Shown: positions 40,171 through 50,594, counted from the first letter of the stretch. The stretch: DNA of 64,000 nucleotides from a bacterium (GCA_028282845.1 JANQGY010000005.1:69797-133796); one strand, 5' to 3'. The notes: generated from the sequence alone by a model not told the origin. Numbers and translations are program-made.

Positions 40171-42110
40171 GAGTTATCACAAGTGATGTGTTAGTGATTG
40201 GCGCCGGATTAGCCGGCGAGCGGGCTGCGATTGCCTGTGCCAAAGAAGAATTGGATGTGATTTTATTATCGCTTGTTCCGCCGCGCCGCAGCCATTCTTC
40301 GGCGGCTCAGGGTGGCATGCAGGCTGCTTTGGGCAATTCAGTGAAAGGCAAAGGCGATAATCCCACGGTTCACTGGCTTGATACGGTTAAGGGCTCCGAC
40401 TGGGGCGCCGATCAGGAAGTTGCCCGGATATTTGCCGATAACGCTCCAATCGCGATGCGTGAAATGGCGCATTACGGAGTACCCTGGAACCGCGTAGAGG
40501 GCGGACCGCGCGAGGTTTATATAAAAGGCAAAAAGACGACAATTGTGGAAGACCATAAAAAAGAGGGGCTGATCACAGCCCGGGATTTTGGTGGTACTGC
40601 CAAATGGCGTACCTGCTACACCGCCGACGGAACCGGACATACCGTATTATATACTATGGATAATATGGTTGTACAGTTGGGAATACCGGTACATGATCGC
40701 ATGGAAGCCTTGCAATTAATTCATGCCGATGGTCGCTGTTACGGTGCAGTTGTTCGCTCCTTGCGCGATGGCGAGCTGATAACTTATCTATCAAAATCCA
40801 CAGTTATTGCGACCGGCGGCTACGGACGAATTTACGGTGAATCCACCAACGCTATAATCAACGAGGGAACCGGTTCCTGGCTTGCGCTCCAAACCGGTGT
40901 TGTGCCGCTTGCCAACATGGAAGCGGTACAGTTTCATCCGACTGGTATTGTGCCAACGGATATCTTAGTTACCGAAGGCTGTCGCGGTGACGGCGGATTG
41001 TTGCTTGATGTTGATGGATACCGTTTCATGCCCGATTATGAACCGGAGAAACAAGAATTAGCTTCACGCGATGTTGTCTCCCGCCGAATGAAAGAACACA
41101 TGCTAAAAGGAAAAGGTGTTCAGTCGCCTTATGGCGAACACTTGTGGCTGGATTTAAGGCATCTTGGAGAGCAGCATCTAAAAACGAAGCTGCGAGAAGT
41201 ATATGATATTTGTATGTATTTCATTGGCGTAAACCCGATTACGGAGTTGATACCGGTTCGACCCACACAACACTATTCGATGGGCGGAATCCGCGCTAAT
41301 AAGGATGGTCATGCCTATAATCTTGAGGGATTATTTGCATTGGGCGAAGTAGCCTGTTGGGATATGCACGGCTTTAATCGGCTCGGCGGAAATTCATTGG
41401 CGGAAACGGTTGTAGCCGGAATGGTGGTTGGCAATAAAATTGCAGAATACACAAAGAAGGCAACGCTTACCGCCGATGTTACCTTAGCCGAAGAATTCGC
41501 CAACAAGGAAGTCGCTAAAATTGAGCGCATGTTAAATGCCGCACAAGGAGAAAATGTGTATAAACTGCGCGATGAAATCGCCGAATTGCTTGTTAAGCAT
41601 GTTCATATTTTTAGAACGGAAGAGGGCTTAACAAAAGGAGCAGAAGGATTACTCGATGTTGTGAAGCGAACCCAAAACATTAAAGTCCGTTCACAGGCTA
41701 AGGGAATGAATCCCGAACTTGCCAGTGCTTTGAGAATTGAAGGCATGGCGAAACAAGCTTATTTGATAGCAAAAGGAGCATTGGACCGTACCGAATCACG
41801 AGGGGCACATAGCCGTGAAGATTATCCTGAAAGAAACGATGAAAAATGGCTGAACAGAACTTTAGCCCGTTGGCCCGATGTTACTGGTGCACCGGACTTT
41901 ACCTATGAACCGGTCGGCATTTTAGATTTGCCACCGGGAGACCGTGGTTATGGCGGTGGAAAGATGATAAATATGAAAGAGACTATTGAAGAATATAATC
42001 ACAAAGTTGCCCAAGAACAGGCTCAACATGGCAGACTAGAAACATCAGAGCCGATTGGCGAAAAACTTCCCAAAGAACTGTGGAAAGAAGAATTTAAGGA
42101 GGCGCAATAA
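40167..42110 (+). CDS. sdhA: Succinate dehydrogenase / fumarate reductase flavoprotein subunit
   Basis: Start MRVITSDVLVIGAGLAGERAA (ATG 40167; the longer track ORF is an artefact). Covalent-FAD His context RSHSSAAQGG, plus HPTG and RGDGG motifs. Confidence 0.95.
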   Translation: MRVITSDVLVIGAGLAGERAAIACAKEELDVILLSLVPPRRSHSSAAQGGMQAALGNSVKGKGDNPTVHWLDTVKGSDWGADQEVARIFADNAPIAMREMAHYGVPWNRVEGGPREVYIKGKKTTIVEDHKKEGLITARDFGGTAKWRTCYTADGTGHTVLYTMDNMVVQLGIPVHDRMEALQLIHADGRCYGAVVRSLRDGELITYLSKSTVIATGGYGRIYGESTNAIINEGTGSWLALQTGVVPLANMEAVQFHPTGIVPTDILVTEGCRGDGGLLLDVDGYRFMPDYEPEKQELASRDVVSRRMKEHMLKGKGVQSPYGEHLWLDLRHLGEQHLKTKLREVYDICMYFIGVNPITELIPVRPTQHYSMGGIRANKDGHAYNLEGLFALGEVACWDMHGFNRLGGNSLAETVVAGMVVGNKIAEYTKKATLTADVTLAEEFANKEVAKIERMLNAAQGENVYKLRDEIAELLVKHVHIFRTEEGLTKGAEGLLDVVKRTQNIKVRSQAKGMNPELASALRIEGMAKQAYLIAKGALDRTESRGAHSREDYPERNDEKWLNRTLARWPDVTGAPDFTYEPVGILDLPPGDRGYGGGKMINMKETIEEYNHKVAQEQAQHGRLETSEPIGEKLPKELWKEEFKEAQ

Positions 42111-42835
42111 TGGAACGTACTTTGAAGTTTAAGATATTCAGATATAATCCAAATGTGGAAAATGACCAGCCTCGTACGGAAGAATTTGAAATCAATGAAA
42201 CCCCGCGCCTCAATTTATTCACGGCTTTGCATCGGATCCGAGAAGAACAGGCTCCCGATCTGATGTTCGATTTTGTATGCCGGGCCGGTATTTGCGGTTC
42301 CTGTGCGATGATGATAAACGGGCGACCGACTCTCGCATGTCGTACTCTGACATCGGATCTTCCACAAAATATAGAACTATATCCTTTGCCGTTTTTCAAA
42401 TTATTGGGAGATTTGTCAGTTGATACAGGAATATGGTTCAGACAGATTTCCGAAAGCCTTGAATCTTGGATACATACTGAAAAGGAATTTGATCCTAAAG
42501 CGGAAGAAGAAAGGATGGATAACGCCACCGCCAATAAAATATATGAAGCGGAAAGGTGTATCGAATGTGGCTGTTGTCTTGCCGGTTGCGCTACCGCTCA
42601 AGTGTATCCTGATTTTCTTGGCGCCGCGGGACTTAATCGCATAGGCCGTTTTATGCTGGACCCAAGAGATCAGCGCCCCGATGAAGAATGGTTTGAGTTG
42701 GTTGCCAATGATGACGGCGTATTTGGCTGCATCGGAATGATGGCTTGTGATGATGTGTGTCCCAAAGATCTGCCGCTGCTTGAGGTCTTTGCGTATATTA
42801 GAAGAAAGATGAGTACGGTGCCTTTGAAAAAATAA
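42110..42835 (+). CDS. sdhB: Succinate dehydrogenase / fumarate reductase iron-sulfur subunit
   Basis: 241 aa. Cys clusters CRAGICGSC, CIECGCCLAGC and CDDVCP. TAATG overlap with sdhA. Confidence 0.95.
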   Translation: MERTLKFKIFRYNPNVENDQPRTEEFEINETPRLNLFTALHRIREEQAPDLMFDFVCRAGICGSCAMMINGRPTLACRTLTSDLPQNIELYPLPFFKLLGDLSVDTGIWFRQISESLESWIHTEKEFDPKAEEERMDNATANKIYEAERCIECGCCLAGCATAQVYPDFLGAAGLNRIGRFMLDPRDQRPDEEWFELVANDDGVFGCIGMMACDDVCPKDLPLLEVFAYIRRKMSTVPLKK

Positions 42836-42854
42836 TTAGAAACACTAAATGTTA

Positions 42855-42888
42855 ATAAAAAACCCCATTTTCTATGGGGTTTTTTTAT
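42855..42888. terminator. Bidirectional rho-independent terminator between sdhB and tonB
   Basis: A-tract, 8-bp stem aaccccat (42861-42868), loop tttct, atggggtt (42874-42881), then T6. Confidence 0.85.
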
Positions 42889-42906
42889 TTGGTTTAATAC
42901 TTTGTA

Positions 42907-43536
42907 CTAATTTGTTAAGGTAAAATGAACCGGAATTGATATCCAAACACCGACAGGTCTGTCACGTTGTTTAGCAGGCTTGAAACGAGTTTTGCGAATT
43001 GCTTCCATCGCCGCTTCATCGAGACCTGTATTTGGTACACCCTTTAAAATCAGTGTTTCCTCCACAACGCCACGATCGCTAATGAAAGCCTGAACAATTA
43101 CAGTGCCTTCAATTCCTGCCTCCTGAGCAATTTCAGGATAAATGGGGTTTATTGCAGTTCTTGCTACCGGAGGATCGTCGTAAGGTATGAATTTAACGCG
43201 CGGACCGGTATTAGCCGTTGGCGGCGGCGGAGCATCGTCCCATGCCTCGAAATCTTCAAGATCAGTTTCAGCAATCGTTATGTCTTCATCTAAATCATCA
43301 CTTTCCGACTCAATTGGCACAGATGGCCTAGAAGGCGGAGGAGGGGTATCGGCTTGCCGGGTTTGAGGAATATCAATCTGCTCAATCACTATTTCTTGTT
43401 GCTCTAACACTTGTTCTTCACCAAGGAATCGCGGAAAAATCAAAAACATTCCTATTAGCAAAAATACACTGATCAAGCCCATTATTCTTACAGTGATCGG
43501 GTATTGCTGTTTTAAGATGTGTATATGTTCAGACAT
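42907..43536 (-). CDS. tonB: TonB-family energy transducer
   Basis: 209 aa. N-terminal TM anchor, Pro-rich spacer (PPPPSRPSVP, APPPP), C-terminal TonB domain YPEIAQEAGIEGTVIVQAFI...G.V. Confidence 0.85.
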   Translation of the reverse strand: MSEHIHILKQQYPITVRIMGLISVFLLIGMFLIFPRFLGEEQVLEQQEIVIEQIDIPQTRQADTPPPPSRPSVPIESESDDLDEDITIAETDLEDFEAWDDAPPPPTANTGPRVKFIPYDDPPVARTAINPIYPEIAQEAGIEGTVIVQAFISDRGVVEETLILKGVPNTGLDEAAMEAIRKTRFKPAKQRDRPVGVWISIPVHFTLTN

Positions 43537-43538
43537 AG

Positions 43539-43949
43539 CTAATCCACTGCTTGTAAGGTTGCGTAGTTTAGCGCCAAGGCATCGGCTTTGCGCAACTCGT
43601 TATGAATGCTTGAAACTAACTCCATCCGCGATTGCTCATCTGCTTTAAGTGAAACTACTATTTGAGGATCAGCGGCTCGACGTTCGTACATAATATGCCG
43701 AATATCTTCTGTTTCAAAAAGCTTATCCTCAATGGAAACCAAACCCTCTTTAGAAACCCAAATATGAGAAGTATGATTTTTAGATTTCAATTTTTCAATT
43801 CTTACAGCCTTGGGCAGATTTACCGGTAGTCCGCTGAACTCTCGCAACACGGTTGACACCATAAAAAAGACCAGTAACATAAATATGATGTCCGGCATAG
43901 AGGCGGTCGGGATCTCGCTGCTTAACTTCGTCTTTTTTTCAAACTTCAT
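43539..43949 (-). CDS. exbD: ExbD/TolR biopolymer transport protein
   Basis: 136 aa. N-terminal TM MPDIIFMLLVFFMV, typical ExbD length. Overlaps the upstream gene (ATGA). Confidence 0.85.
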   Translation of the reverse strand: MKFEKKTKLSSEIPTASMPDIIFMLLVFFMVSTVLREFSGLPVNLPKAVRIEKLKSKNHTSHIWVSKEGLVSIEDKLFETEDIRHIMYERRAADPQIVVSLKADEQSRMELVSSIHNELRKADALALNYATLQAVD

Positions 43950-44347
43950 AATGATGTCTCCGCGATAGAAATACGAGTTGCATTGGCAATTTTCAGTTGA
44001 TCAATCACAGCAATATAGTCTTTGTACTTTGTTTTTTCGTGGGCTTTAACCGAGATAATTAACTTGTCGTTTGCTTGTAGTTTTTGTCTGATTACACGGT
44101 TAAGATCACCTACTTTCACCGGCTCATCGCCAAGCAATACTTGTCCGGTTGAATTAATTAAACAGTTAAGAATATTTTTCTTGCTGATCTCGACCTGTTC
44201 TCCTTCTGCTGGCAAAACGATACCCAAGCCTTTATCCATGTCAATCGTAGTAGTGACAAGGAAAAAGATTAATAGCAGGAACGCAATATCAGATAGCGAT
44301 GATGAAGGTATGCTCCCGCCTTTAAATCTTCGGATTTTTTTTGCCAT
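43946..44347 (-). CDS. exbD: ExbD/TolR biopolymer transport protein (second paralog)
   Basis: 133 aa. LSDIAFLLLIFFLVTT TM segment, followed by a periplasmic domain. Confidence 0.85.
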   Translation of the reverse strand: MAKKIRRFKGGSIPSSSLSDIAFLLLIFFLVTTTIDMDKGLGIVLPAEGEQVEISKKNILNCLINSTGQVLLGDEPVKVGDLNRVIRQKLQANDKLIISVKAHEKTKYKDYIAVIDQLKIANATRISIAETSL

Positions 44348-44353
44348 AATATT

Positions 44354-44968
44354 TTACTTTTTGCCCTCCATGTCATACAGATGGTCAACCAGCTCCATGG
44401 AATTTTCTTCCATATCCAACACTAAGCGGTCAATTCGCGAAACGAAGAAGTTTTGGAAAAACTGAATTATAATTGCCACGATCAGACCAAAAGCAGTGGT
44501 TAACAATGCTTGAGAAATACCGCCGGCAACAACAGCCGGTGAAATATTATTTGCAGCTTCGATTGAATCGAAAGCGGTGATCATTCCGGCAACCGTTCCG
44601 GTAAACCCTAACAACGGAGCAACGGTAACGACCAAGTTCAGCCAAATCATGTTCTTTTCCAAAAAGGACATTTCAACCGTGCCGGCGTTTTGGACTGCCT
44701 TTTCGACTTCGTCTATACCGCGATGTGTTCTGGTCAGTCCGGCGTGAAATACCTCAGCCACCGGACCTCTGGTGTTGTTGCATAGTTCAATAGCAGCATC
44801 CACTCCGTCGGTGTCTAAAGTGCTGATAACTTCAGAGTAGAATTTTTTTGAGTTAATTGATGACATCATTAAAGAATAAAATCTTTCCAGGGCAATCCCT
44901 ATTCCAAAGATGAGTAAGATCAGGATTGGCCACATGAATGTGCCGCCATCTACAAAGTATTCAACCAT
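44354..44968 (-). CDS. exbB: MotA/TolQ/ExbB proton-channel protein
   Basis: 204 aa. 3 TM segments, conserved APLLGFTGTVAGMI and ALLTTAFGL motifs. GGAGGAAT Shine-Dalgarno. Confidence 0.9.
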   Translation of the reverse strand: MVEYFVDGGTFMWPILILLIFGIGIALERFYSLMMSSINSKKFYSEVISTLDTDGVDAAIELCNNTRGPVAEVFHAGLTRTHRGIDEVEKAVQNAGTVEMSFLEKNMIWLNLVVTVAPLLGFTGTVAGMITAFDSIEAANNISPAVVAGGISQALLTTAFGLIVAIIIQFFQNFFVSRIDRLVLDMEENSMELVDHLYDMEGKK

Positions 44969-45126
44969 TTATTCCTCCAGTATTAATAGATATTGAATTA
45001 AAAGTTAGTAACATTAATAAAGTTTTGTCAATGAATCTAATTAAAATTTTATCCAAATCCACCCTCTAATTTCAAATAAATTATGTGATTTTTTGTTTAG
45101 CAGATTTTACGGTTGGCAAACAGCCA

Positions 45127-46122
45127 TTATTCCATCATTTTGTTAATGTGATTTAAAATTTGCGGCGGTATTTTTACGCTGATCGTGACAGCGAGTAGCG
45201 GCAATTTTGTGGGCGGTAATTTGACAAGGTCCTTTTCGGTTGTCAATACATAATCGGGTTTTAGCCGATCAAAGTGCGATTTGATTTTGTCTGTATCTGA
45301 ATCAGTATGAAAATGATGATCCTTAAAGGTGAGAATTTTTAATATTTTACAACCTAATCCTTCTACTGTTTTTGTAAATGAATCGGGATTGCCGATTCCG
45401 GAAAAAATTATAACCGCTTTTCCGCGAATTGCTTCAGTTTCTATTTTATGTTGATTGAAATTAACTAATATTTTATCAGCCGTTTTTGCCAACGGAATAA
45501 GAGGTGTTTTAAATTTAGAGAGTCGCTCCTCGCGGGTATTATAATTTTGATTGGCGGTCATGCTTGTTAATAAAATAAAATCGGCTCTTTTCAGAGATCC
45601 AAGCGGCTCGCGCAGAAACCGCCAAGAACTGTTTTTGCTATAAGCAATTATTACAATATCCAGATCACGCCGTATTTTGCGGTGTTGAAAAGCATCATCT
45701 AAAATAATAATATCGGGATTAAACTTGTTTACCAAGTATTGACCGCCACGCACACGGTTTTCATCTACAACGATCGGGATGTCGGGCAGATGTTTCATAA
45801 TTAAAAAAGGTTCATCACCTACGGTTTTCCAATCTTTTGTTATCTGATTGCCGTCTGATACCAACTGTAATCCTCTTGATTTCCTGCCATATCCTCGGCT
45901 TAGAACCGCAACTTTGTACTTTTGTTTTAATTCTTTTGCCAGCGCGATCACCGCCGGTGTTTTGCCGGTACCGCCCATAGAGATATTGCCGATGCTGATA
46001 ACCTTGCAGTCTAATTTGGTTGCTTCGAGAAGCTTTTTGTCGTACAGCAAATTCCGGGTGCGCATCAGCATGAAATAAAGCAAGTAGAATGGGTATAATA
46101 AAATGTGAGCGATCTGTTTCAA
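45127..46122 (-). CDS. lpxK: Tetraacyldisaccharide 4'-kinase
   Basis: 331 aa. P-loop VISIGNISMGGTGKTP, DDAFQH motif. TTG start retains the N-terminal membrane helix. Confidence 0.85.
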   Translation of the reverse strand: MKQIAHILLYPFYLLYFMLMRTRNLLYDKKLLEATKLDCKVISIGNISMGGTGKTPAVIALAKELKQKYKVAVLSRGYGRKSRGLQLVSDGNQITKDWKTVGDEPFLIMKHLPDIPIVVDENRVRGGQYLVNKFNPDIIILDDAFQHRKIRRDLDIVIIAYSKNSSWRFLREPLGSLKRADFILLTSMTANQNYNTREERLSKFKTPLIPLAKTADKILVNFNQHKIETEAIRGKAVIIFSGIGNPDSFTKTVEGLGCKILKILTFKDHHFHTDSDTDKIKSHFDRLKPDYVLTTEKDLVKLPPTKLPLLAVTISVKIPPQILNHINKMME

Positions 46123-46755
46123 TTATTTTTCCAAGGCGGTTTTGGCTTCTTGCTCAAGCCGGTTAAGTTGTTCGGTTAAATGCGTATTGCAGGATTCAAA
46201 ATCATCGGTTTCCGAAAAAAATAGCGGCTTCCCGATTTTCAATGCAATTTTTGTAAAAGGTTTCGTTAAGTAAAAAGTGTCCCAGTTTGTAAAACCCCAA
46301 TTTTTACGAGAACGACCGGCAATCGGAATAATTGGAATACCCAATTTTTGAGCGGCGCGCACTGTACCGGGTTTTGGGATTTTGGCGGGACCTTTTGGGC
46401 CATCAGGCGTAATAGCAATGATATTTCCGTTTTTTCCTAAAAATTCAGTGATTGCTTGAAAAACCTCACTACCTTTTTTTGAACTTGATCCTCTAAAAAA
46501 CTGCCAGCCAAGCCTTTCTCCGATTTTAACGCCAAGCTCGGCATCGCGATGGAATCCGGCTAATATGTGAAACCTATATTTGGCTAATTTATAATATGGT
46601 ATGAGCATATTACCATGCCAATATGCCAAGATAGCGGATTGCTTCGATTCAATGATTTTTTGGAGGTTCTGCGAACCTTCGATCTGCCATCTGCAACTGC
46701 CATACAGTACCCGAAATAGAAAAGAAAGCACGTATATTTTTATTTTCTCTATCAT
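46123..46755 (-). CDS. DUF374 lysophospholipid-acyltransferase-like protein commonly found in lipid A/Kdo clusters
   Basis: FRGSSSKKGSEV...ITPDGPKGPA...G.V.AAQKLGIPIIP matches the DUF374 pattern. ATG 46755 is chosen; TTG 46773 is the alternative. Confidence 0.7.
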   Translation of the reverse strand: MIEKIKIYVLSFLFRVLYGSCRWQIEGSQNLQKIIESKQSAILAYWHGNMLIPYYKLAKYRFHILAGFHRDAELGVKIGERLGWQFFRGSSSKKGSEVFQAITEFLGKNGNIIAITPDGPKGPAKIPKPGTVRAAQKLGIPIIPIAGRSRKNWGFTNWDTFYLTKPFTKIALKIGKPLFFSETDDFESCNTHLTEQLNRLEQEAKTALEK

Positions 46756-46769
46756 GCTTATTATAATCT

Positions 46770-47921
46770 TCAAATTTTTGATGCAATTAATTTGGCAGTT
46801 CGTTTATACACACCGGACTCCCCCAACTGATTAATTACCGTTTTATAGCCGGTAATCATTTTGGCGCGTTCCGGAGTATCCGATAACAAAGGAACGATTG
46901 CTTTGATAATTTTTTGAGGATGCATGTCTTTTTGGATCAATTCCGGAATTATTTTCTCACTGGCAATCAAATTGGTCAAAGATAAGAATTTGACCGTTGC
47001 AAGTTTCTTGCCAATGGTATGGGTTAGAGCTGAAGTTCTATAGCAGACGACGCAGGGCAATTTGAAAATAGTTGCTTCTAAACTTGCAGTGCCCGAGGCG
47101 ACAATTCCCGCAGTTCCGTGGATCATGGTTAAATAACTATTTTCACTCTCTACTTGCACATAATCCGGCACATCGGATATTTTTACATTTGGTGCTTCAC
47201 CGATTATGAATTGCAATTTTGGAAATATTTTATGCAGCTCTTCAACAGCTTGTTTTAAAATTGGCCAATGATAGTCTATTTCCTGTTGGCGGCTGCCCGG
47301 CAACAATGTTAAAAGTGGTTGATCGGCAACAAAGGAATGTTTGGCAAAAAAAGCCCTTTTTGATAAAGTAGGTTCTTCAACATCAATCAACGGATTACCG
47401 GCAAAATCAATTTCCATGCCTTTATTCTTGTACCAGGTTTTTTCAAAAGGAATAATGCTGATTGCCTGATCCGTGCATAGTTTTAGTTTTTTATAGCGTT
47501 TTGCTTTCCAAGCCCAAACCTGCGGTAGAATAAAATATGTTATAGGAATTTTAAGCGCATGAATTCGTTTGGCAAGGTTGAGATTGAATCCGGGATAGTC
47601 AATCAAAATTATCCTGACCGGCTTAATCTGTTTTATTTGTTTTATCGTGCTGTTCATTACACGACGCATATAAGGTAAATGTTTAATAACCTCAGTAAAA
47701 CCGACCAGTGACAAGTTTGATATATGCTCAATAATATTAACACCGGCTGCCTGCATTTTGTCGCCGCCATGTCCGATAAAATTAAGATATGGTTTAATTT
47801 TTAATAATTCTTTTACAAGGAAAGAGCCGTGGATATCACCGGATTCCTCACCGGCGACAATAAAAACAGTGTTGTTGCTGTTGTTTATGTTTTCATTTGC
47901 GGGGTTGCCACTAACGTACAT
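46770..47921 (-). CDS. lpxB: Lipid-A-disaccharide synthase
   Basis: VFIVAGEESGDIHG N-terminal motif, GT19 length. ATG 47921 is preferred over TTG 47927. Confidence 0.9.
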   Translation of the reverse strand: MYVSGNPANENINNSNNTVFIVAGEESGDIHGSFLVKELLKIKPYLNFIGHGGDKMQAAGVNIIEHISNLSLVGFTEVIKHLPYMRRVMNSTIKQIKQIKPVRIILIDYPGFNLNLAKRIHALKIPITYFILPQVWAWKAKRYKKLKLCTDQAISIIPFEKTWYKNKGMEIDFAGNPLIDVEEPTLSKRAFFAKHSFVADQPLLTLLPGSRQQEIDYHWPILKQAVEELHKIFPKLQFIIGEAPNVKISDVPDYVQVESENSYLTMIHGTAGIVASGTASLEATIFKLPCVVCYRTSALTHTIGKKLATVKFLSLTNLIASEKIIPELIQKDMHPQKIIKAIVPLLSDTPERAKMITGYKTVINQLGESGVYKRTAKLIASKI

Positions 47922-48903
47922 CTTCAATGATCATTTTTTGGATACTGGCGGCAACCGATAATGCATCCCGACCGGCTTTGCCATCCACGATTGGTTTCGC
48001 CTTGCCGCGAATGGAGTCAATAAAATTAGTCAGCTCAAGACGCAAAGCATCAACTTTTTCAACCGGAGGCTTTTCATAAACAATGGCGCGGTGATTTCCG
48101 TCCTGATCTAACGGTGCCGTAACCAAAGCTTTTGGATCTTTATCATCCGAATTGATGGCACGATATACTTCGGTGAGGCCTAATAAAAAATCAATTGTCA
48201 CGTACATATCGCGCTGAAAGAATTTCAGTTTGCGCACTTTGTTTTGGGCAATGCGGCTTGAGGTTAAATTGGCAACGGTGCCGTTTTCAAAGCGTATTCG
48301 TGCATTGGCAATATCCACCGAATTGGTCATTATCGAAACGCCACTAGCACGGATACTTTTTACCGGACTGTTCACGAGAGATAAAATTATATCAATGTCA
48401 TGTATCATGAGATCTAAAACAACGGGCACCTCGGTACCGCGAACAGTATATGGGGCCAGGCGCTGAACTTCGATAAACTTAGGTTTGAGTTCAAAGCCCT
48501 TTAATGCTAATAAAGCTGGATTTAACCTTTCAATGTGCCCCACCTGAATTATTGTGCCATTTTTTTGTTTTAGAGATAGGAGCCGGTCGGCTTCAGCCAA
48601 TGTTTTCGTGATTGGTTTTTCAATAAATACATGTTTTCCCGACAAGATGCACTTTTCAGCTATCTCAGCGTGCAAGGGCGTTGGAGTAACAATTGAGAGC
48701 GCATCACAGGACTTTAATAGTTTATCAAGGCTGTCAAAGTTTTCAGTTCTATATTTTTTCGAAATCTCATCGCGACGCGTGCTGTCGGCATCGAAGATTC
48801 CGACTAAATTGGTATTCGGCAACGTGGAAAAATGTTTAACGTGGTGCTGTCCTAAATGCCCGACACCGATTACACCGACTTTTATTGGTTTTGTAGTGTT
48901 CAT
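47911..48903 (-). CDS. Gfo/Idh/MocA-family NAD-dependent oxidoreductase embedded in the lipid A cluster
   Basis: Rossmann start IKVGVIGVGHLGQHH, EKP motif VFIEKPIT. ATG 48903 is chosen; TTG 48915 is the alternative. Confidence 0.8.
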   Translation of the reverse strand: MNTTKPIKVGVIGVGHLGQHHVKHFSTLPNTNLVGIFDADSTRRDEISKKYRTENFDSLDKLLKSCDALSIVTPTPLHAEIAEKCILSGKHVFIEKPITKTLAEADRLLSLKQKNGTIIQVGHIERLNPALLALKGFELKPKFIEVQRLAPYTVRGTEVPVVLDLMIHDIDIILSLVNSPVKSIRASGVSIMTNSVDIANARIRFENGTVANLTSSRIAQNKVRKLKFFQRDMYVTIDFLLGLTEVYRAINSDDKDPKALVTAPLDQDGNHRAIVYEKPPVEKVDALRLELTNFIDSIRGKAKPIVDGKAGRDALSVAASIQKMIIEDVR

Positions 48904-48945
48904 AGCAGGAGCCAATTTACAATAAGATGATATTCCTTGAAACAG

Positions 48946-50046
48946 TCAAACGTTGAACTTGAAGAAAATACAATCGCCGTCTTTAACAATATATTCACGG
49001 CCTTCTTGGCGAACCATTCCGGCATCGCGCACGGCAAGTTCAGACCCAAGCCTTGACAGGTCGTTATAGCTATAAACTTCAGCTTTGATGAAACCGCGTT
49101 GAAAATCGGTGTGGATTTCCCCGGCTGCTTCCGGCGCGGTGGCACCTTGCTTAATTGTCCATGCCCTGACTTCAACTGGACCGCCGGTGAAGAATGTTTC
49201 CAGTTCAAGTAATTTGAAGGCGGCGTGAATTAACTTGTCCAGACCCGGTTCCGATAGATTGTACTCTTCAAGGAAAATTTGCTTCTCAGTGTTTTCTAAT
49301 GTAGCAATTTCCTGCTCAAGTCTGCCGCATAAACGGATTGCCAGATTTCCTTCTTTTTCGGCAAAATCAAATAACGCTTGTACGTATTTATTACGATCTT
49401 CATTTTGGATTTCTTCCTCGTCAACATTAGCGACATATAAAATCGGTTTCCGGGACATTAGAAACAAAGAGCGGATAAACGGAAGGTCATCGTGCTCGGC
49501 TTTGAATGTGCGGGTACGGTGCCCGGCATTCAGATGTTTCAATAATTGTTCTAAAACAGTTATTTTACGTTGTGCTGTTTTATCGCCGCTTTTGACGGCC
49601 TTGCCAATTTTTTCCAAACGTCTTTCAATGGTGGCAATATCAGCCAAAAGAAGCTCGGTTTCGATCAGTTCGGCATCGCGCACGGGATCAATATCGCCCT
49701 CGACATGAGCGACATTTTTGTCTTCAAAACAGCGCACAACATGGATGATTGCACCAACCTGTTTAATCTGACCGAGAAATTGATTGCCCAACCCCTCACC
49801 CTGGCTGGCGCCCTTTACGAGACCGGCGATATCGGTAAACTCTACCGTAGCCGGCGTAACCTTTTGTGGTTTATAAATTTTTTCTAATTCATACAATCTT
49901 GGATCGGATAGTGGAACGATTCCAACATGAGGATCAATTGTGCAGAAAGGGTAGTTCTCCGCCGGCACACTTGAAGCAGTTACCGCATTGAAGATAGTGG
50001 ATTTACCAACGTTAGGAAGACCGACTATTCCGCATTGCAAAGACAT
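48946..50046 (-). CDS. ychF: Redox-regulated ribosome-binding ATPase YchF
   Basis: Start MSLQCGIVGLPNVGKSTIFNA at ATG 50046 (the track ORF is extended by 14 codons). TGS-like C-terminus ...REYIVKDGDCIFFKFNV. Confidence 0.95.
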   Translation of the reverse strand: MSLQCGIVGLPNVGKSTIFNAVTASSVPAENYPFCTIDPHVGIVPLSDPRLYELEKIYKPQKVTPATVEFTDIAGLVKGASQGEGLGNQFLGQIKQVGAIIHVVRCFEDKNVAHVEGDIDPVRDAELIETELLLADIATIERRLEKIGKAVKSGDKTAQRKITVLEQLLKHLNAGHRTRTFKAEHDDLPFIRSLFLMSRKPILYVANVDEEEIQNEDRNKYVQALFDFAEKEGNLAIRLCGRLEQEIATLENTEKQIFLEEYNLSEPGLDKLIHAAFKLLELETFFTGGPVEVRAWTIKQGATAPEAAGEIHTDFQRGFIKAEVYSYNDLSRLGSELAVRDAGMVRQEGREYIVKDGDCIFFKFNV

Positions 50047-50048
50047 GA

Positions 50049-50594
50049 TTAAAAAGTGTCTAACGCCGGATCTGCGCCAAAATCCCATTTCAGGTTCTCA
50101 AACAATCCGACCTGAAGGTCTTTGGCGATATATATAATTCTATTTTTTATTGATAGTGTTGCATCAGCCCAAGCCATTGAAACCGGTTTTTCAATGATTT
50201 TCTTAATATCTAATTTATAAGTTATTAGTGAATGATATGGCCTTACCTGGCCTTTGAATTTCAGTTCTTTAACGCCCAAAGCCCTGCCGCGACCATTGCC
50301 ACCCGACCACGATAAAAAGAAACCTAACAATTGCCAAAAACCGTCCAATCCTAAACAGCCCGGCATTACCGGATCACCTTTGAAATGACAGTCAAAAAAC
50401 CATTTCTTAGGATTAATATTTAGCTCGGCTAAAATTGATCCTTTATTATATTTTCCACCTTTTTCAGAAATTTTCAAGATCCTATCAATCATAAGCATCG
50501 GTGATTTGGGGAGCTTGCCATTGTTATCTCCAAACATCTCACCTTCGGTTGCCTGTAATAGTTCATTTTTTGTATAGCTTGATTTTTTTTGCAT
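50049..50594 (-). CDS. fabA: 3-hydroxydecanoyl-ACP dehydratase / trans-2-decenoyl-ACP isomerase
   Basis: 181 aa. Near-identical active-site block to my recollection of E. coli FabA: WFFDCHFKGDPVMPGCLGLDGFWQL (catalytic His and Asp contexts). Confidence 0.9.
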   Translation of the reverse strand: MQKKSSYTKNELLQATEGEMFGDNNGKLPKSPMLMIDRILKISEKGGKYNKGSILAELNINPKKWFFDCHFKGDPVMPGCLGLDGFWQLLGFFLSWSGGNGRGRALGVKELKFKGQVRPYHSLITYKLDIKKIIEKPVSMAWADATLSIKNRIIYIAKDLQVGLFENLKWDFGADPALDTF

